DNA from: a virus
Taxonomy: Duplodnaviria > Heunggongvirae > Uroviricota > Caudoviricetes
DNA: 64,000 bases
IMG/VR virus record: IMGVR_UViG_3300031993_000018
Coordinates: 25,614 to 89,613 of that record
Strand: one strand, 5' to 3'
Shown here: piece by piece, positions 44,850 through 53,191 of the stretch
How positions within the stretch are numbered: the first letter of the stretch is position 1
Layout: each line of letters begins with the position of its first letter
Notes under the pieces: generated by a model
Databases searched by the model: none
The model's input: the letters and a program-made list of their open reading frames with translations, nothing else
Told to the model about the DNA's origin: nothing
Program-made: the position numbers and the translations under genes

Positions 44850-45080
44850 ATGAAAACTTGGATAATAGTATTGACAATTGCTTTCATCTTCTTGAAGCTT
44901 GTTGCAAGAGGGTTTGCAAACTACATCAGGAATGACAAGGAAGAGAGAGTGAAGTATTACTTTACCAGTGGTGCAACCCCACTTGGTGTGATACACGGAT
45001 TCATTTCTCTCTTTGGTACACTGGTAGGATTTGCTGATATAATCCTGATCATCATAATGGTTGCGAACAGATTGTTATAA
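44850..45080 (+). CDS. small membrane protein
   Basis: Two hydrophobic segments. Confidence 0.65.
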   Translation: MKTWIIVLTIAFIFLKLVARGFANYIRNDKEERVKYYFTSGATPLGVIHGFISLFGTLVGFADIILIIIMVANRLL

Positions 45081-45187
45081 ATCATTACATAAATATTTGG
45101 ATGTTTCAGATATTTTTGTTATATTTGTAACCAGAAAAGAGAAAGTTCTTTGAAATTTTTAAAATTTGTTCAACATAAATATAATAT

Positions 45188-45970
45188 ATGATTGTCGAAC
45201 AAATGGATAAACCCAAGTATCATTATTTCTATAAAATAACAAATAGACTCAATGGACATTATTATTATGGTGTTCATTCAACATATAATCTTGATGATGG
45301 ATATATGGGGTCTGGAAAAAGATTACATATTGCTTATAAGAAATATGGTATAGAATGTTTTGAAAAGGAAATTTTAAAATTTTTCAATACCAGAAAAGAA
45401 TGTGAGGAATATGAAGAATCAGTTGTTAATGAAATATTGATTGGTGATGACAATTGTTATAATTGTGTACCTGGTGGAGGAACTTTAAAAACTCCAGGAA
45501 AAGCATGCTTCATTGATGAAAATGGTAATATTATACAAGTAACCACAGAAGATGCACATAAGAGAGGATTAAGAGGTAATGCAGTGGGTACAACATTAGT
45601 AATTGTTGATGGTGAATATGTTATGGCTGATGTTGATAAACTTAATGATTATGATTCATTTAAGTATCCTATGAGTGGAAAAATAACAGTATATGACAAA
45701 AATAATAACCATTATGTTGTAAGTTGTGATGATAAAAGATATATTTCTGGAGAATTAAGACCATTCTGGTCAGGTAAAAAACTTTCAGAGGAAACAAAAA
45801 CAAAAATTAAAACATCACTATCACTAATACATCATCAACAAGGTGAAAAAAATTCTCAATATGGAACTTGTTGGATTACTAAAAATAATGAAAACAAGAA
45901 AATTAAAAAAGAGAATTTAGAAACATATCTTAATGATGGTTGGGTTAAAGGAAGATTTATAAAACACTAA
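45188..45970 (+). CDS. free-standing GIY-YIG (Seg-like) homing endonuclease
   Basis: YFYKITN..NG.YYYGVH....DDGYMGSG, F.KEIL..F, E; NUMOD-like tail GW.KGR; sigma-A promoter 45096-45127 and CATAAATA 45174-45181. Confidence 0.88.
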   Translation: MIVEQMDKPKYHYFYKITNRLNGHYYYGVHSTYNLDDGYMGSGKRLHIAYKKYGIECFEKEILKFFNTRKECEEYEESVVNEILIGDDNCYNCVPGGGTLKTPGKACFIDENGNIIQVTTEDAHKRGLRGNAVGTTLVIVDGEYVMADVDKLNDYDSFKYPMSGKITVYDKNNNHYVVSCDDKRYISGELRPFWSGKKLSEETKTKIKTSLSLIHHQQGEKNSQYGTCWITKNNENKKIKKENLETYLNDGWVKGRFIKH

Positions 45971-45985
45971 ATGTGTTAATGATAT

Positions 45986-46295
45986 ATAGGTCTTGTTGAT
46001 ACTTTCAGGAAAAACTGTAGGACACGGGTTCGAGTCCCGCTACCTCCACAAATTTATATTTTTTATATGGGGGTATATTGGTTTTGACTGCTTTTAAGTA
46101 TGGGAAGAGGAGAGGTCTATCGCCAATAACTGGCAAAAACAACAATTTCTCTGTAAACTTTGGCCCTGTTGCACAAACAGCTGCTCCAAAGGCTATGATG
46201 GCTGCCGCTTAATCGTGGTTTCCCTGATTAGTAAGTACACTGGCCAGGCTGGTGTCACAGAAGGTTCTATCCATCTTGTCCAAAAAGATGGATCT
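45986..46295 (+). ncRNA. ssrA: circularly permuted (two-piece) tmRNA
   Basis: Acceptor piece ~45986-46048 (T arm, TACCTCC-A) precedes coding piece starting GGGGGTA at 46069 (G3:U70); helix 2 AAGTAT/ATACTT; tag ORF 46132-46212 (A)GKNNNFSVNFGPVAQTAAPKAMMAAA*. 3' end is approximate. Confidence 0.88.
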
Positions 46296-46460
46296 TTTGA
46301 AAGTTCTTTAAAATATTATATGGGTGGATTGTATGCAGTTCTTGATAAGTCTGTATCAGTACTTGCAGATACTGTCTTGAATTAAAGTAAAGAATAGGAT
46401 CCTGATTACAATAAGTTCCCACCCGCCCTTACAGTTATGGTTAATCTGTGAAAACCAAAT

Positions 46461-46653
46461 GGGTCAATAGCTCAATGGTAGAGCAGCGGACTGTATAAGG
46501 AGTGGTTTACCGGAACAAACCAACCTGGTATGGTCGAGTGGTCAAAGACGTAGGTTTAGAAAACCGGAGTAAGTTAAAAACTTGCAGACGTTGGTTCAAA
46601 TCCAACTATCAGGTCTAATCCGCAGGTTGTAGGTTCGAGCCCTACTTGGCCCG
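46461..46653 (+). tRNA. tRNA-Asn(GTT) interrupted by a 121-nt insert (46495-46615) containing a nested class II tRNA-like element (46524-46614)
   Basis: Exons join into a perfect cloverleaf GGGTCAA..GCGGA-CTGT|TAA-TCCGC..TTGGCCC-G. Confidence 0.85.
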
Positions 46654-46657
46654 CAAA

Positions 46658-46745
46658 GTACATAGGAAGTCCTGGTCGTGGTGCACGCTTATGTTAGGTT
46701 CGGGTTTGATCAACCCACAGAGGTTCGAGTCCTCTCTATGTACCA
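46658..46745 (+). ncRNA. tRNA-like RNA with G-1:C73 (His-like) acceptor end and degenerate anticodon arm
   Basis: GTACATAG/CTATGTAC-CA, T arm AGAGG-TTCGAGT-CCTCT, variable hairpin GGGTT..AACCC. Confidence 0.65.
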
Positions 46746-46762
46746 AATAATAAATATAATAT

Positions 46763-46853
46763 GGAGGAGTGGCAGAGTGGTTTATTGCAGAGGTCTTGAA
46801 AACCTCCGGGCGTGTTGAGCGCCCCGTCGGTTCGAATCCGGCCTCCTCCGCCA
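46763..46853 (+). tRNA. tRNA-Ser(TGA)
   Basis: Class II cloverleaf, encoded CCA. Confidence 0.95.
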
Positions 46854-47034
46854 GTATAACAAATTCCAAAAGTTTGTTATATTTATTAAGGTTTTGTTAT
46901 GTGTTTGTTTTAAGTTAAAGGTTCTAACCGCAACAATTACAAAAAAGATGCTGTTCACATTTTCCAAATGAACCTTGTTTTGTTTCAAACACACAACTTC
47001 AAACCAAATAAACATTTAAATTAATTAAAAAAGT

Positions 47035-47676
47035 ATGAAGAAATTTTTGGCGTTTCTTATGAGCCTTGTGCTCATTTTCGGTTTGAGTTCATGTAACTCT
47101 TGCACAAGAAACCAGACTACTCCTACTGAAGAGACCACACCGGCAGTTGCTGAGTTGGTTGTTGAGAATGTAATCTCTACTGACCGTCAGGCAATGTACC
47201 TTGCACATGGTGGTGACTACAGATGGTATGAGACTGGTGTTCAACTCAAGGACTGGCTTGATGAAGAGAATGATGGTACTATCGATATGGTAGTTAATGT
47301 TTTCCAGGTAATTGAGGAGTATGATTCAACAAGTTTTGATACCTATGTTTACAAGTATCAGCATTTTTCAGATGGTACTGTAAATGAAGATGGTGTTCAT
47401 GGTTTCTGGGTTGAGGATTATCCTCTTGAACAGGAAGTAATTAAGGTAACATTCAAGGAAGCTTACCAGAAGATCCAGGAAGTTAATCTCCCAAGACCTC
47501 ATTCACGTCAGGTTGTATTGAGAAAGCCTATCGGTCCTAAGGATTGCAATCCACAGTGGATATTTGGTAATCTCCATGAGCAGATTTGGGTTGATGCAGT
47601 TACAGGTGAAGTTACTAACAGTAACCCTGCATTTGATGGTCTGAATCTCGGTACTCCACTTGGTGAGTGGCCCTAA
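47035..47676 (+). CDS. lipoprotein of unknown function
   Basis: Signal peptide MKKFLAFLMSLVLIFGLSSC. Confidence 0.8.
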   Translation: MKKFLAFLMSLVLIFGLSSCNSCTRNQTTPTEETTPAVAELVVENVISTDRQAMYLAHGGDYRWYETGVQLKDWLDEENDGTIDMVVNVFQVIEEYDSTSFDTYVYKYQHFSDGTVNEDGVHGFWVEDYPLEQEVIKVTFKEAYQKIQEVNLPRPHSRQVVLRKPIGPKDCNPQWIFGNLHEQIWVDAVTGEVTNSNPAFDGLNLGTPLGEWP

Positions 47677-47763
47677 TAGAAACAATATAGGTTGAATGGT
47701 ACAACCTGAAGTTAAATATCCACAGGGAAAGGGTTAGCCCTGGAAGTTAAAGTCACCCAATAC

Positions 47764-47888
47764 TATGATGTGACAAGGAATAGGTATACTTGCGCCACGA
47801 GATAATATCAGATGGAAGAAGAGGAAGGGTATTCTTCATAAAAGTTGGACTAATTTAGTCAATGTGGGTTCGAGTCCCACTATCATAG
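47764..47888 (+). ncRNA. expanded tRNA-like RNA (125 nt)
   Basis: TATGATG/TATCATA-G acceptor, CAAG/CTTG D stem, GTGGG-TTCGAGT-CCCAC T arm, enlarged centre. Confidence 0.65.
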
Positions 47889-47895
47889 CAAATAT

Positions 47896-47969
47896 CGTGG
47901 GGTGCTAGCAGTGGTCAGCTAACTGGGCTCATAACCCAGAGGTCAGGGGTTCGAATCCCTTCCCCGCTA
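47896..47969 (+). tRNA. tRNA-fMet(CAT)
   Basis: C1 mismatch, GGG/CCC anticodon stem, loop CTCATAA. Confidence 0.9.
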
Positions 47970-47977
47970 CTAAACTT

Positions 47978-48115
47978 GCCAGTATAGGACAGTATATTGG
48001 ACATCTGTAACCTCATGGGAGGTCGCAAGAGAGAATGAAGGTAACATCTTCAACGTACCGGGTTAGTTCAAAGTAGAATACTCTTGTTATGTAAGTTCGA
48101 TTCTTACTATTGGCA
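47978..48115 (+). ncRNA. expanded tRNA-like RNA (138 nt)
   Basis: GCCAGTA/TATTGGC-A acceptor, GTAAG-TTCGATT-CTTAC T arm, several internal hairpins. Confidence 0.65.
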
Positions 48116-48144
48116 CAAAAAAAAATAAAAAAGTTTCAAAAATA

Positions 48145-48196
48145 TTTGGTAGTTTCAAATTTTTTTGTTATCTTTGTAGTGTTGAAAGTTCTTTGA
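48145..48196 (+). promoter_or_regulatory. sigma-A promoter plus boxA-like AGTTCTTTGA (near-identical block at 56651-56699)
   Basis: TTTG-N20-TATCTTTG followed by AGTTCTTTGA at 48187-48196. Confidence 0.8.
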
Positions 48197-48205
48197 TAGT
48201 TTTAA

Positions 48206-49285
48206 ATAAAACAAGGGTGGGTTTCTCATCCTTCCCAAGAAGCCTTCGGGTTGAGGGAGAAAGATAACCAGTGAATACATAAGCTGGGAAAGTCAGTAAG
48301 ATATTGCATAGTATCCCTGGCGGAGGGTTCAAATCCTCCCTGTAAGAAAACCAAGATGGTCAGCATATCCTGGAATGGCAGTACACTGTGAAAGGGGTAT
48401 GCGGAGGCTCTTACCAAGTCTCCTTGAGTGGTAACACTGACAAGAACCATTTTGCTTCCGGACAAAAAGATTACCGGTCTGATTGTCTGAATGACCAAAG
48501 TTTATTGATATCCAAGAGACTACACCAAGTCTTCCTAACAGGTGGTGCTGAGATTCCAGAAATGGTTGGATATTAGAATTAGTAGAATGAGTAACACAGA
48601 GGTGTGTGAAAGTAGAAAGGTGATGTATCTAAACCTCTCAAAAGGAGGCATGATAACAAGGGTAACCTCATCTTTCAATCGGTAAATGCTCAATGATTCA
48701 AATTGGATGTTGACCAAAGACAGAATAATTAGATTATTAAGCAAGCAAAAGTGTTACCCACACTGTAGGACAATACAGTTATGCTTCTGTAAGATGAAGC
48801 CTTATGGATCCCGCAAAGTGAAGTAAGAGTATCGCCAGTATGGACAATGCAAGTGGAGGCATCCACTCAACTCGGCAGAGGTCTTTGGCTTGAAAGCAGC
48901 TATGTAATACAGTGTAGTGACTATGGTAGTCTTGGTGGAAACACCATAAATCCACCTGTATCCGCTTCACCAATAGCAATGTTGGTGTGTGTAAATCTCA
49001 GGCGACTGGGACTTGTCCTGAAAAGGAAGAGAGTAGAGGCGGCGATTGGGGTCAACACTCAGCCCAAATCAATGAATTATTCAGAGTCGGTAACCAGTCC
49101 GGTATGGAAGAGCGAGACTTCCCTGGATAACAAAGTGATATTATAGAGGTACAAATTCTCCTGAATATATAGAACCACTCAGGAGGTTAATTCGAGGCCA
49201 GGGATATTACTGAAACAAATTCCCTTTTGGTTCACAGGGAATGGGAAGAGTGAGTTTGTAATCTGCGAGGTCGGGTTAGTTTTAT
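48206..49285 (+). ncRNA. candidate giant structured ncRNA (~1.08 kb; GOLLD/ROOL-like context)
   Basis: No credible ORF, visibly GC-richer than flanks, many hairpins, ends ATAAAAC/GTTTTAT, lies between a promoter/boxA and tRNA-Asp. Confidence 0.55.
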
Positions 49286-49295
49286 CTCTTCAAAT

Positions 49296-49369
49296 GGTGC
49301 GTTGGTGAAGTTGGTTATCATGCCACCCTGTCACGGTGGAGTTCACGGGTTCGAGTCCCGTACGCACCG
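49296..49369 (+). tRNA. tRNA-Asp(GTC)
   Basis: Loop CTGTCAC, G73. Confidence 0.95.
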
Positions 49370-49531
49370 CACATAAATATTATGTAAAGAACCATACCGC
49401 AATTTTAAACAAATTTCATTTTGATTGAAGAAACCATTGGTTCTTGTTTCGTTTCTTTGTTTAGAAAAACAAAGTGGCAGAGACTGGTGGAAACACCCCT
49501 CTTGTGAGTGGTAATCTCACATACAAAAACT

Positions 49532-49614
49532 TGCCGGCTATACCCTGGAGGTAAAGGTGTCACAGGCCTATGCATGGGCTGTTTGCAGTACTGGTTCGAA
49601 TCCAGTCTGGGTAG
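49532..49614 (+). ncRNA. non-canonical tRNA-like RNA
   Basis: T arm ACTGG-TTCGAAT-CCAGT, extended D stem ATACC/GGTGT, long central hairpin. Confidence 0.5.
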
Positions 49615-49667
49615 CAAATAAAAATGAAAATTGAATTTACATAAATAACTTATAAAGATTAAAAATT

Positions 49668-49884
49668 ATGATGACATTGCATACACATATTATGTTTATT
49701 GCGGGCAAGCCAGGTTGTTATCGTTTTTGGGAACAGAAGCAACTCGGACCTAAAGGTGTGTGGGTATGTCACCAGGATAAATAAGGATTAAACCAGGATA
49801 GGAAAGAAGGTACAGGAAATCCAACAAATATCAATAGAGACATCTCACACAAATCCAAAAAAAGATTTATGTGAGATTTTTTTT
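49668..49884 (+). promoter_or_regulatory. second leader peptide (49668-49784, MMTLHTHIMFIAGKPGCYRFWEQKQLGPKGVWVCHQDK) with antiterminator/terminator
   Basis: GTGTGGGTATGTC (49758-49770) pairs with GACATCTCACAC (49839-49850), which overlaps the terminator at 49842-49884; CATAAATA at 49640. Confidence 0.65.
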
Positions 49885-49892
49885 ATTAACAC

Positions 49893-49967
49893 TGGGTAGT
49901 ACGGTAATTGGTTCACCGGCTGCATTTGGGATGCAGACATATGCGAGTTCGAGTCTCGTCTACCCAA
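49893..49967 (+). tRNA. tRNA-Pro(TGG)
   Basis: Loop TTTGGGA. Confidence 0.88.
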
Positions 49968-49992
49968 CAAATATACAAAACAAAATAAGATT

Positions 49993-50238
49993 ATGGAGAC
50001 ACTCAAACAGATTGTGAAGGGAAGTGCAAAGTTGGAATGCATGAGGAGTGGTGGTGTCGCAGAATACATCATCACATCAGAGACAGGAAAAAGATATGTA
50101 TTGGACATAGACCTGTCAGACAAGGTGGACTGTGGAGAGAGTGCTTCATTTATGCCATACTATGAGAGAGCAATAATCCTGATGCGATGGATTCGCAGAG
50201 CAATGGAGAAGGGTGAATTGATAGAGTTAAATTCATAA
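49993..50238 (+). CDS. hypothetical protein
   Basis: 81-aa ORF with A-rich leader. Confidence 0.7.
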   Translation: METLKQIVKGSAKLECMRSGGVAEYIITSETGKRYVLDIDLSDKVDCGESASFMPYYERAIILMRWIRRAMEKGELIELNS

Positions 50239-50397
50239 ACACATCCGAGATGATCATAGGATGTGGGTTGGGAAGATGAGGATATGTCCGAAAAATTGCA
50301 TAAAGTAGGATGTATTTAGGTAGCGAGCCCCTCCCTGGTAGCCAAACAGGTAGTTTAAAGTGCTTAAGAACAGACCAATCATTGAATTATTAGATAT

Positions 50398-50472
50398 GCC
50401 GGGTTCTACTAATTGGAATAGGTACCCTGATTTTCAATCAGTGCAATATGGGTTCGAGTCCCATACCCGGTA
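50398..50472 (+). tRNA. tRNA-Glu(TTC)
   Basis: Loop TTTTCAA. Confidence 0.85.
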
Positions 50473-50477
50473 CAAAT

Positions 50478-50560
50478 GCGGATGTGGTGTAATGGTAGCC
50501 ACACTTGGTTCAGAGCTAAGCGGCCGAAAGGCCATATGGGTTCGAGTCCCTTCATCCGCA
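50478..50560 (+). tRNA. tRNA-Leu(CAG)
   Basis: Class II, loop TTCAGAG. Confidence 0.92.
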
Positions 50561-50565
50561 CACAT

Positions 50566-50639
50566 TGGGGGATCATCTAATAGAGTAAGGATACCACTCT
50601 GATACAGTGGAAATCCGGGTTCAAATCCCGGCCTCCCAA
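50566..50639 (+). tRNA. tRNA(GAT) on a Gln/Glu-like body
   Basis: U1:A72 TGGGGGA acceptor, TCATCTAAT D region, loop CTGATAC. Confidence 0.7.
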
Positions 50640-50673
50640 CAAAAGAAAGTTCTTTGACATATTGTACACATTT

Positions 50674-50749
50674 GGGTCTGTGGCAGAGATGGTCTATGCG
50701 CTGGACTGAAAATCCAGAGAAGGAGGTTCGAGTCCTCCCGGACCCACCA
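50674..50749 (+). tRNA. tRNA-Phe(GAA)
   Basis: Loop CTGAAAA, encoded CCA. Confidence 0.93.
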
Positions 50750-50957
50750 AGATTTGGGAAAAGGTTCTTGCATTGATGAAAGTAAATGACACCAGACACC
50801 TGATCAGTGAGGAAGTGTTGTTGAAATCGTCTAAAGTTGAGATGGGGAAAGTGTCATCAGTACTAGTCAAATGATGGGATGGAACTCAAGGAGACATATA
50901 CTCTGCCTGGCGTGGGAGTCAGGAGGTTCATCAGCAAGTAAAGTGGAATCTTGACCT

Positions 50958-51041
50958 GTGGGAGTGGCGTAACTGGTAGCCGCGTCGGTCTAAGAAGCCG
51001 ATCCCAGAAATGGGGTGAGAGTTCGAGTCTCTCTTTCCACA
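50958..51041 (+). tRNA. tRNA-Leu(AAG)
   Basis: Class II, loop CTAAGAA (A34). Confidence 0.88.
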
Positions 51042-51047
51042 CAATAT

Positions 51048-51130
51048 TGGTCCCGGCATCATAGTAGATGTCATGGAAGCTGCCTGATTCAGCAGGACTG
51101 AACAGTGGGGTTCGATACCCTGGGGACCAT
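51048..51130 (+). ncRNA. non-canonical tRNA-like RNA
   Basis: TGGTCCC/GGGACCA acceptor, 5-bp D stem, 8-nt central loop CTGATTCA. Confidence 0.5.
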
Positions 51131-51135
51131 CAAAT

Positions 51136-51258
51136 GTATATGTGAAGCAGATAGGATGTGCTACTACAAGAATTAGTAATCATTTGGATATTGCATACAT
51201 ATGTTCAGTAGAGATGAAAAGGATGTGGACTATGTGAGTTCGAATCTCATCATATACA
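51136..51258 (+). ncRNA. expanded tRNA-like RNA (123 nt)
   Basis: GTATATG/CATATAC-A acceptor, GTGAG-TTCGAAT-CTCAT T arm. Confidence 0.65.
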
Positions 51259-51263
51259 TAAAT

Positions 51264-51338
51264 GCTCCCGTAGCTGAGTTGGTTCAAAGCACCTGTCTCT
51301 TAAACAGGGGATCCTGGGTTCGAGTCCCAGTGGGAGTA
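51264..51338 (+). tRNA. tRNA-Lys(CTT)
   Basis: Loop CTCTTAA. Confidence 0.95.
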
Positions 51339-51348
51339 CAAAACAACT

Positions 51349-51637
51349 GGGGCACAGAGGAGATAAATCGGCTGGAAGCCAGCATTCTATGAAGTCATGA
51401 ATTCATAAAGTGTACTCTGTGTGAGGGTTTTTACCAGAGATTGCATCATGCAATTGATGAATGGGAGTTTCCCTTTTAAGTTCGAATCCACAGTGCTCCA
51501 CAAATGCCGGCTTATCACAGTATATAGGTGACTGTAGCCGCCCCGTACAGGCGGGTCTGGCCAACCGAAAGTGTACAGCTCGAGACAATGTATATGAGTA
51601 GAAGTCAGATATGGATGGTTCGATTCCTCCGATGGCA
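51349..51637 (+). ncRNA. two degenerate expanded tRNA-like RNAs (51349-51500, 51506-51637)
   Basis: GGGGCAC/GTGCTCC-A and GCC../..GGC-A ends, each preceded by a GTTCGA T-loop motif; T stems imperfect. Confidence 0.5.
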
Positions 51638-51867
51638 CAAAGTTTGTTATATTTTAATAAAGGGTTCTTTATGACAGTTTGAACCTTAGATGTTAATAAC
51701 TGTTAGTAGTCCTTTGCATCTTTATCCTACTATATCTTATGAAGATGTTTTAAGCCCAAAGTACACGGGAACGAAGATGGGATCTGCCTCTTAACAATGC
51801 ATACTGAATCCTCCAAAACGTAGGTTGGCACAGTTAGACCTCTGGGGTTATTCTAAAAGGTCATTAT

Positions 51868-51940
51868 GGACCATGTAGTGTAACGGCGAGCATATCACAT
51901 CTGCACTGTGATGGAGGGGTTCGAATCCCACATGTGTCCA
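51868..51940 (+). tRNA. atypical tRNA, loop TCTGCAC (Ala TGC, or shifted Cys GCA)
   Basis: D, anticodon and T arms present; bulged acceptor stem. Confidence 0.55.
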
Positions 51941-52215
51941 CAAATGAATATTTGAGGTTCCAGAAGGCTTCCGTAATGTGGCATAGTCGGAGGAGACACT
52001 GGAGATGGATAAACATGGAAATTCGGGCTACCGGGTGAGGCAGTGTTAGACGAGGAGGCTTGCTGGAATAAGCAGTCCGGGTAGAATATTCATCACAAAA
52101 CCACAGAGTGTCCAGAGTGTCGAAGCATTGGTTGGTATGATGCTTTAAAAGTTTAAACTCTACTCCGAAAGTGGGCGACATATTCGAGACTATACTCTGT
52201 GTGACAAAACTTTTC

Positions 52216-52291
52216 TATGGTATCTTCTAGTGGTCCAGGAAGTCCGAGGCTAACAGCGGTAGGGACAGAGGTTCGAATCCTCTTACCATAG
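52216..52291 (+). tRNA. Gln-like tRNA with enlarged anticodon region containing CTA
   Basis: U1:A72, G73, TCTTCTAGTGGTCCAGGA D arm; three extra nt in the anticodon arm. Confidence 0.55.
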
Positions 52292-52313
52292 CAAATTAAA
52301 TAATTCATATAAT

Positions 52314-53021
52314 ATGAAATTAGGAAATTTAAAGTATCATTATTTTTATAAGATAACCAACAATATAAATGGTCATTTTTATTATGGTGTTCATAACACA
52401 AATAATTTAGATGATGGTTATATGGGTAGTGGTTTAAAATTACAAGAAGCATATAAAAAATATGGTATTGAAAACTTCACTAAAGAAATATTAAAGTTCT
52501 TTGACACATCTGAAGATGCATTTAAATATGAAAGTGAGATTGTTACAATTGATTTAATAAAGTCAAAGAAATGTTATAATATTCAACTTGGTGGTAAATC
52601 CATTAACACTTCTGGTTTAATTGTTGTTATTGATAAAAATAATATAAAAACATTAATACCAAAAGATGATGACAAAATAATAAAAGGTAATGTGAAAATT
52701 TATTCTCCTTTAAAAAATAAATTGGTTGTAAAATATAAAAATGATAATGATTATTTTTTAATTAATAGTGATGAATATGATTCTAACATTTATGAAACAA
52801 GTTGGACAAATAGACATCACACACAAGAATCAAAAAGTAAAATAAGAAAGACTTTAACACCTCAAAATTCTAATAATTCACACATATGGATTAATAAAAA
52901 TGGGATAGTTAAATATTTAGATAAAAGAAAATTAGATGAATATTTAAATGATGGATGGACATTGGGAAGAAGTGGATATAAACCAAGAAAGGGATGTAGA
53001 GGTAAGAAAATAGAAATATAA
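52314..53021 (+). CDS. free-standing GIY-YIG (Seg-like) homing endonuclease, paralog of 45188
   Basis: YFYKITNNINGHFYYGVH...DDGYMGSG; very AT-rich. Confidence 0.88.
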   Translation: MKLGNLKYHYFYKITNNINGHFYYGVHNTNNLDDGYMGSGLKLQEAYKKYGIENFTKEILKFFDTSEDAFKYESEIVTIDLIKSKKCYNIQLGGKSINTSGLIVVIDKNNIKTLIPKDDDKIIKGNVKIYSPLKNKLVVKYKNDNDYFLINSDEYDSNIYETSWTNRHHTQESKSKIRKTLTPQNSNNSHIWINKNGIVKYLDKRKLDEYLNDGWTLGRSGYKPRKGCRGKKIEI

Positions 53022-53024
53022 TTT

Positions 53025-53111
53025 GGGAAGGTTGAGCAAATGGTTGAGCTCATCGGTCTGTAAAACCGACACTATGAAACACTGTGGGTTCGAGTCCCAC
53101 CCTTCCCACCA
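53025..53111 (+). tRNA. tRNA-Tyr(GTA)
   Basis: Class II, encoded CCA. Confidence 0.93.
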
Positions 53112-53114
53112 AAT

Positions 53115-53185
53115 GCAGGATTAGTTTAATGGTAGAATGTCAGCCCTCCAAGCTGAATGTGGGAGTTCGATTCTCCTATCCTGCT
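53115..53185 (+). tRNA. tRNA-Gly(TCC), C33 variant
   Basis: Loop CCTCCAA, U73. Confidence 0.88.
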
Positions 53186-53191
53186 CTAAAT

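Noticed and set aside
46461-46653. Reading the interrupted tRNA as Tyr (CTGTA|AA)
   Set aside because: The short variable loop, G73 and GCGGA/TCCGC stem fit Asn; bacterial Tyr is class II with A73. It cannot be fully excluded without RNA data.
47764-51637. Selenocysteine-like 8/5 acceptor stems in the tRNA-like RNAs
   Set aside because: The apparent eighth pair is mostly the upstream nt pairing with N73; the genes end N73-CA like the ordinary tRNAs, and no UCA anticodon loop was found.
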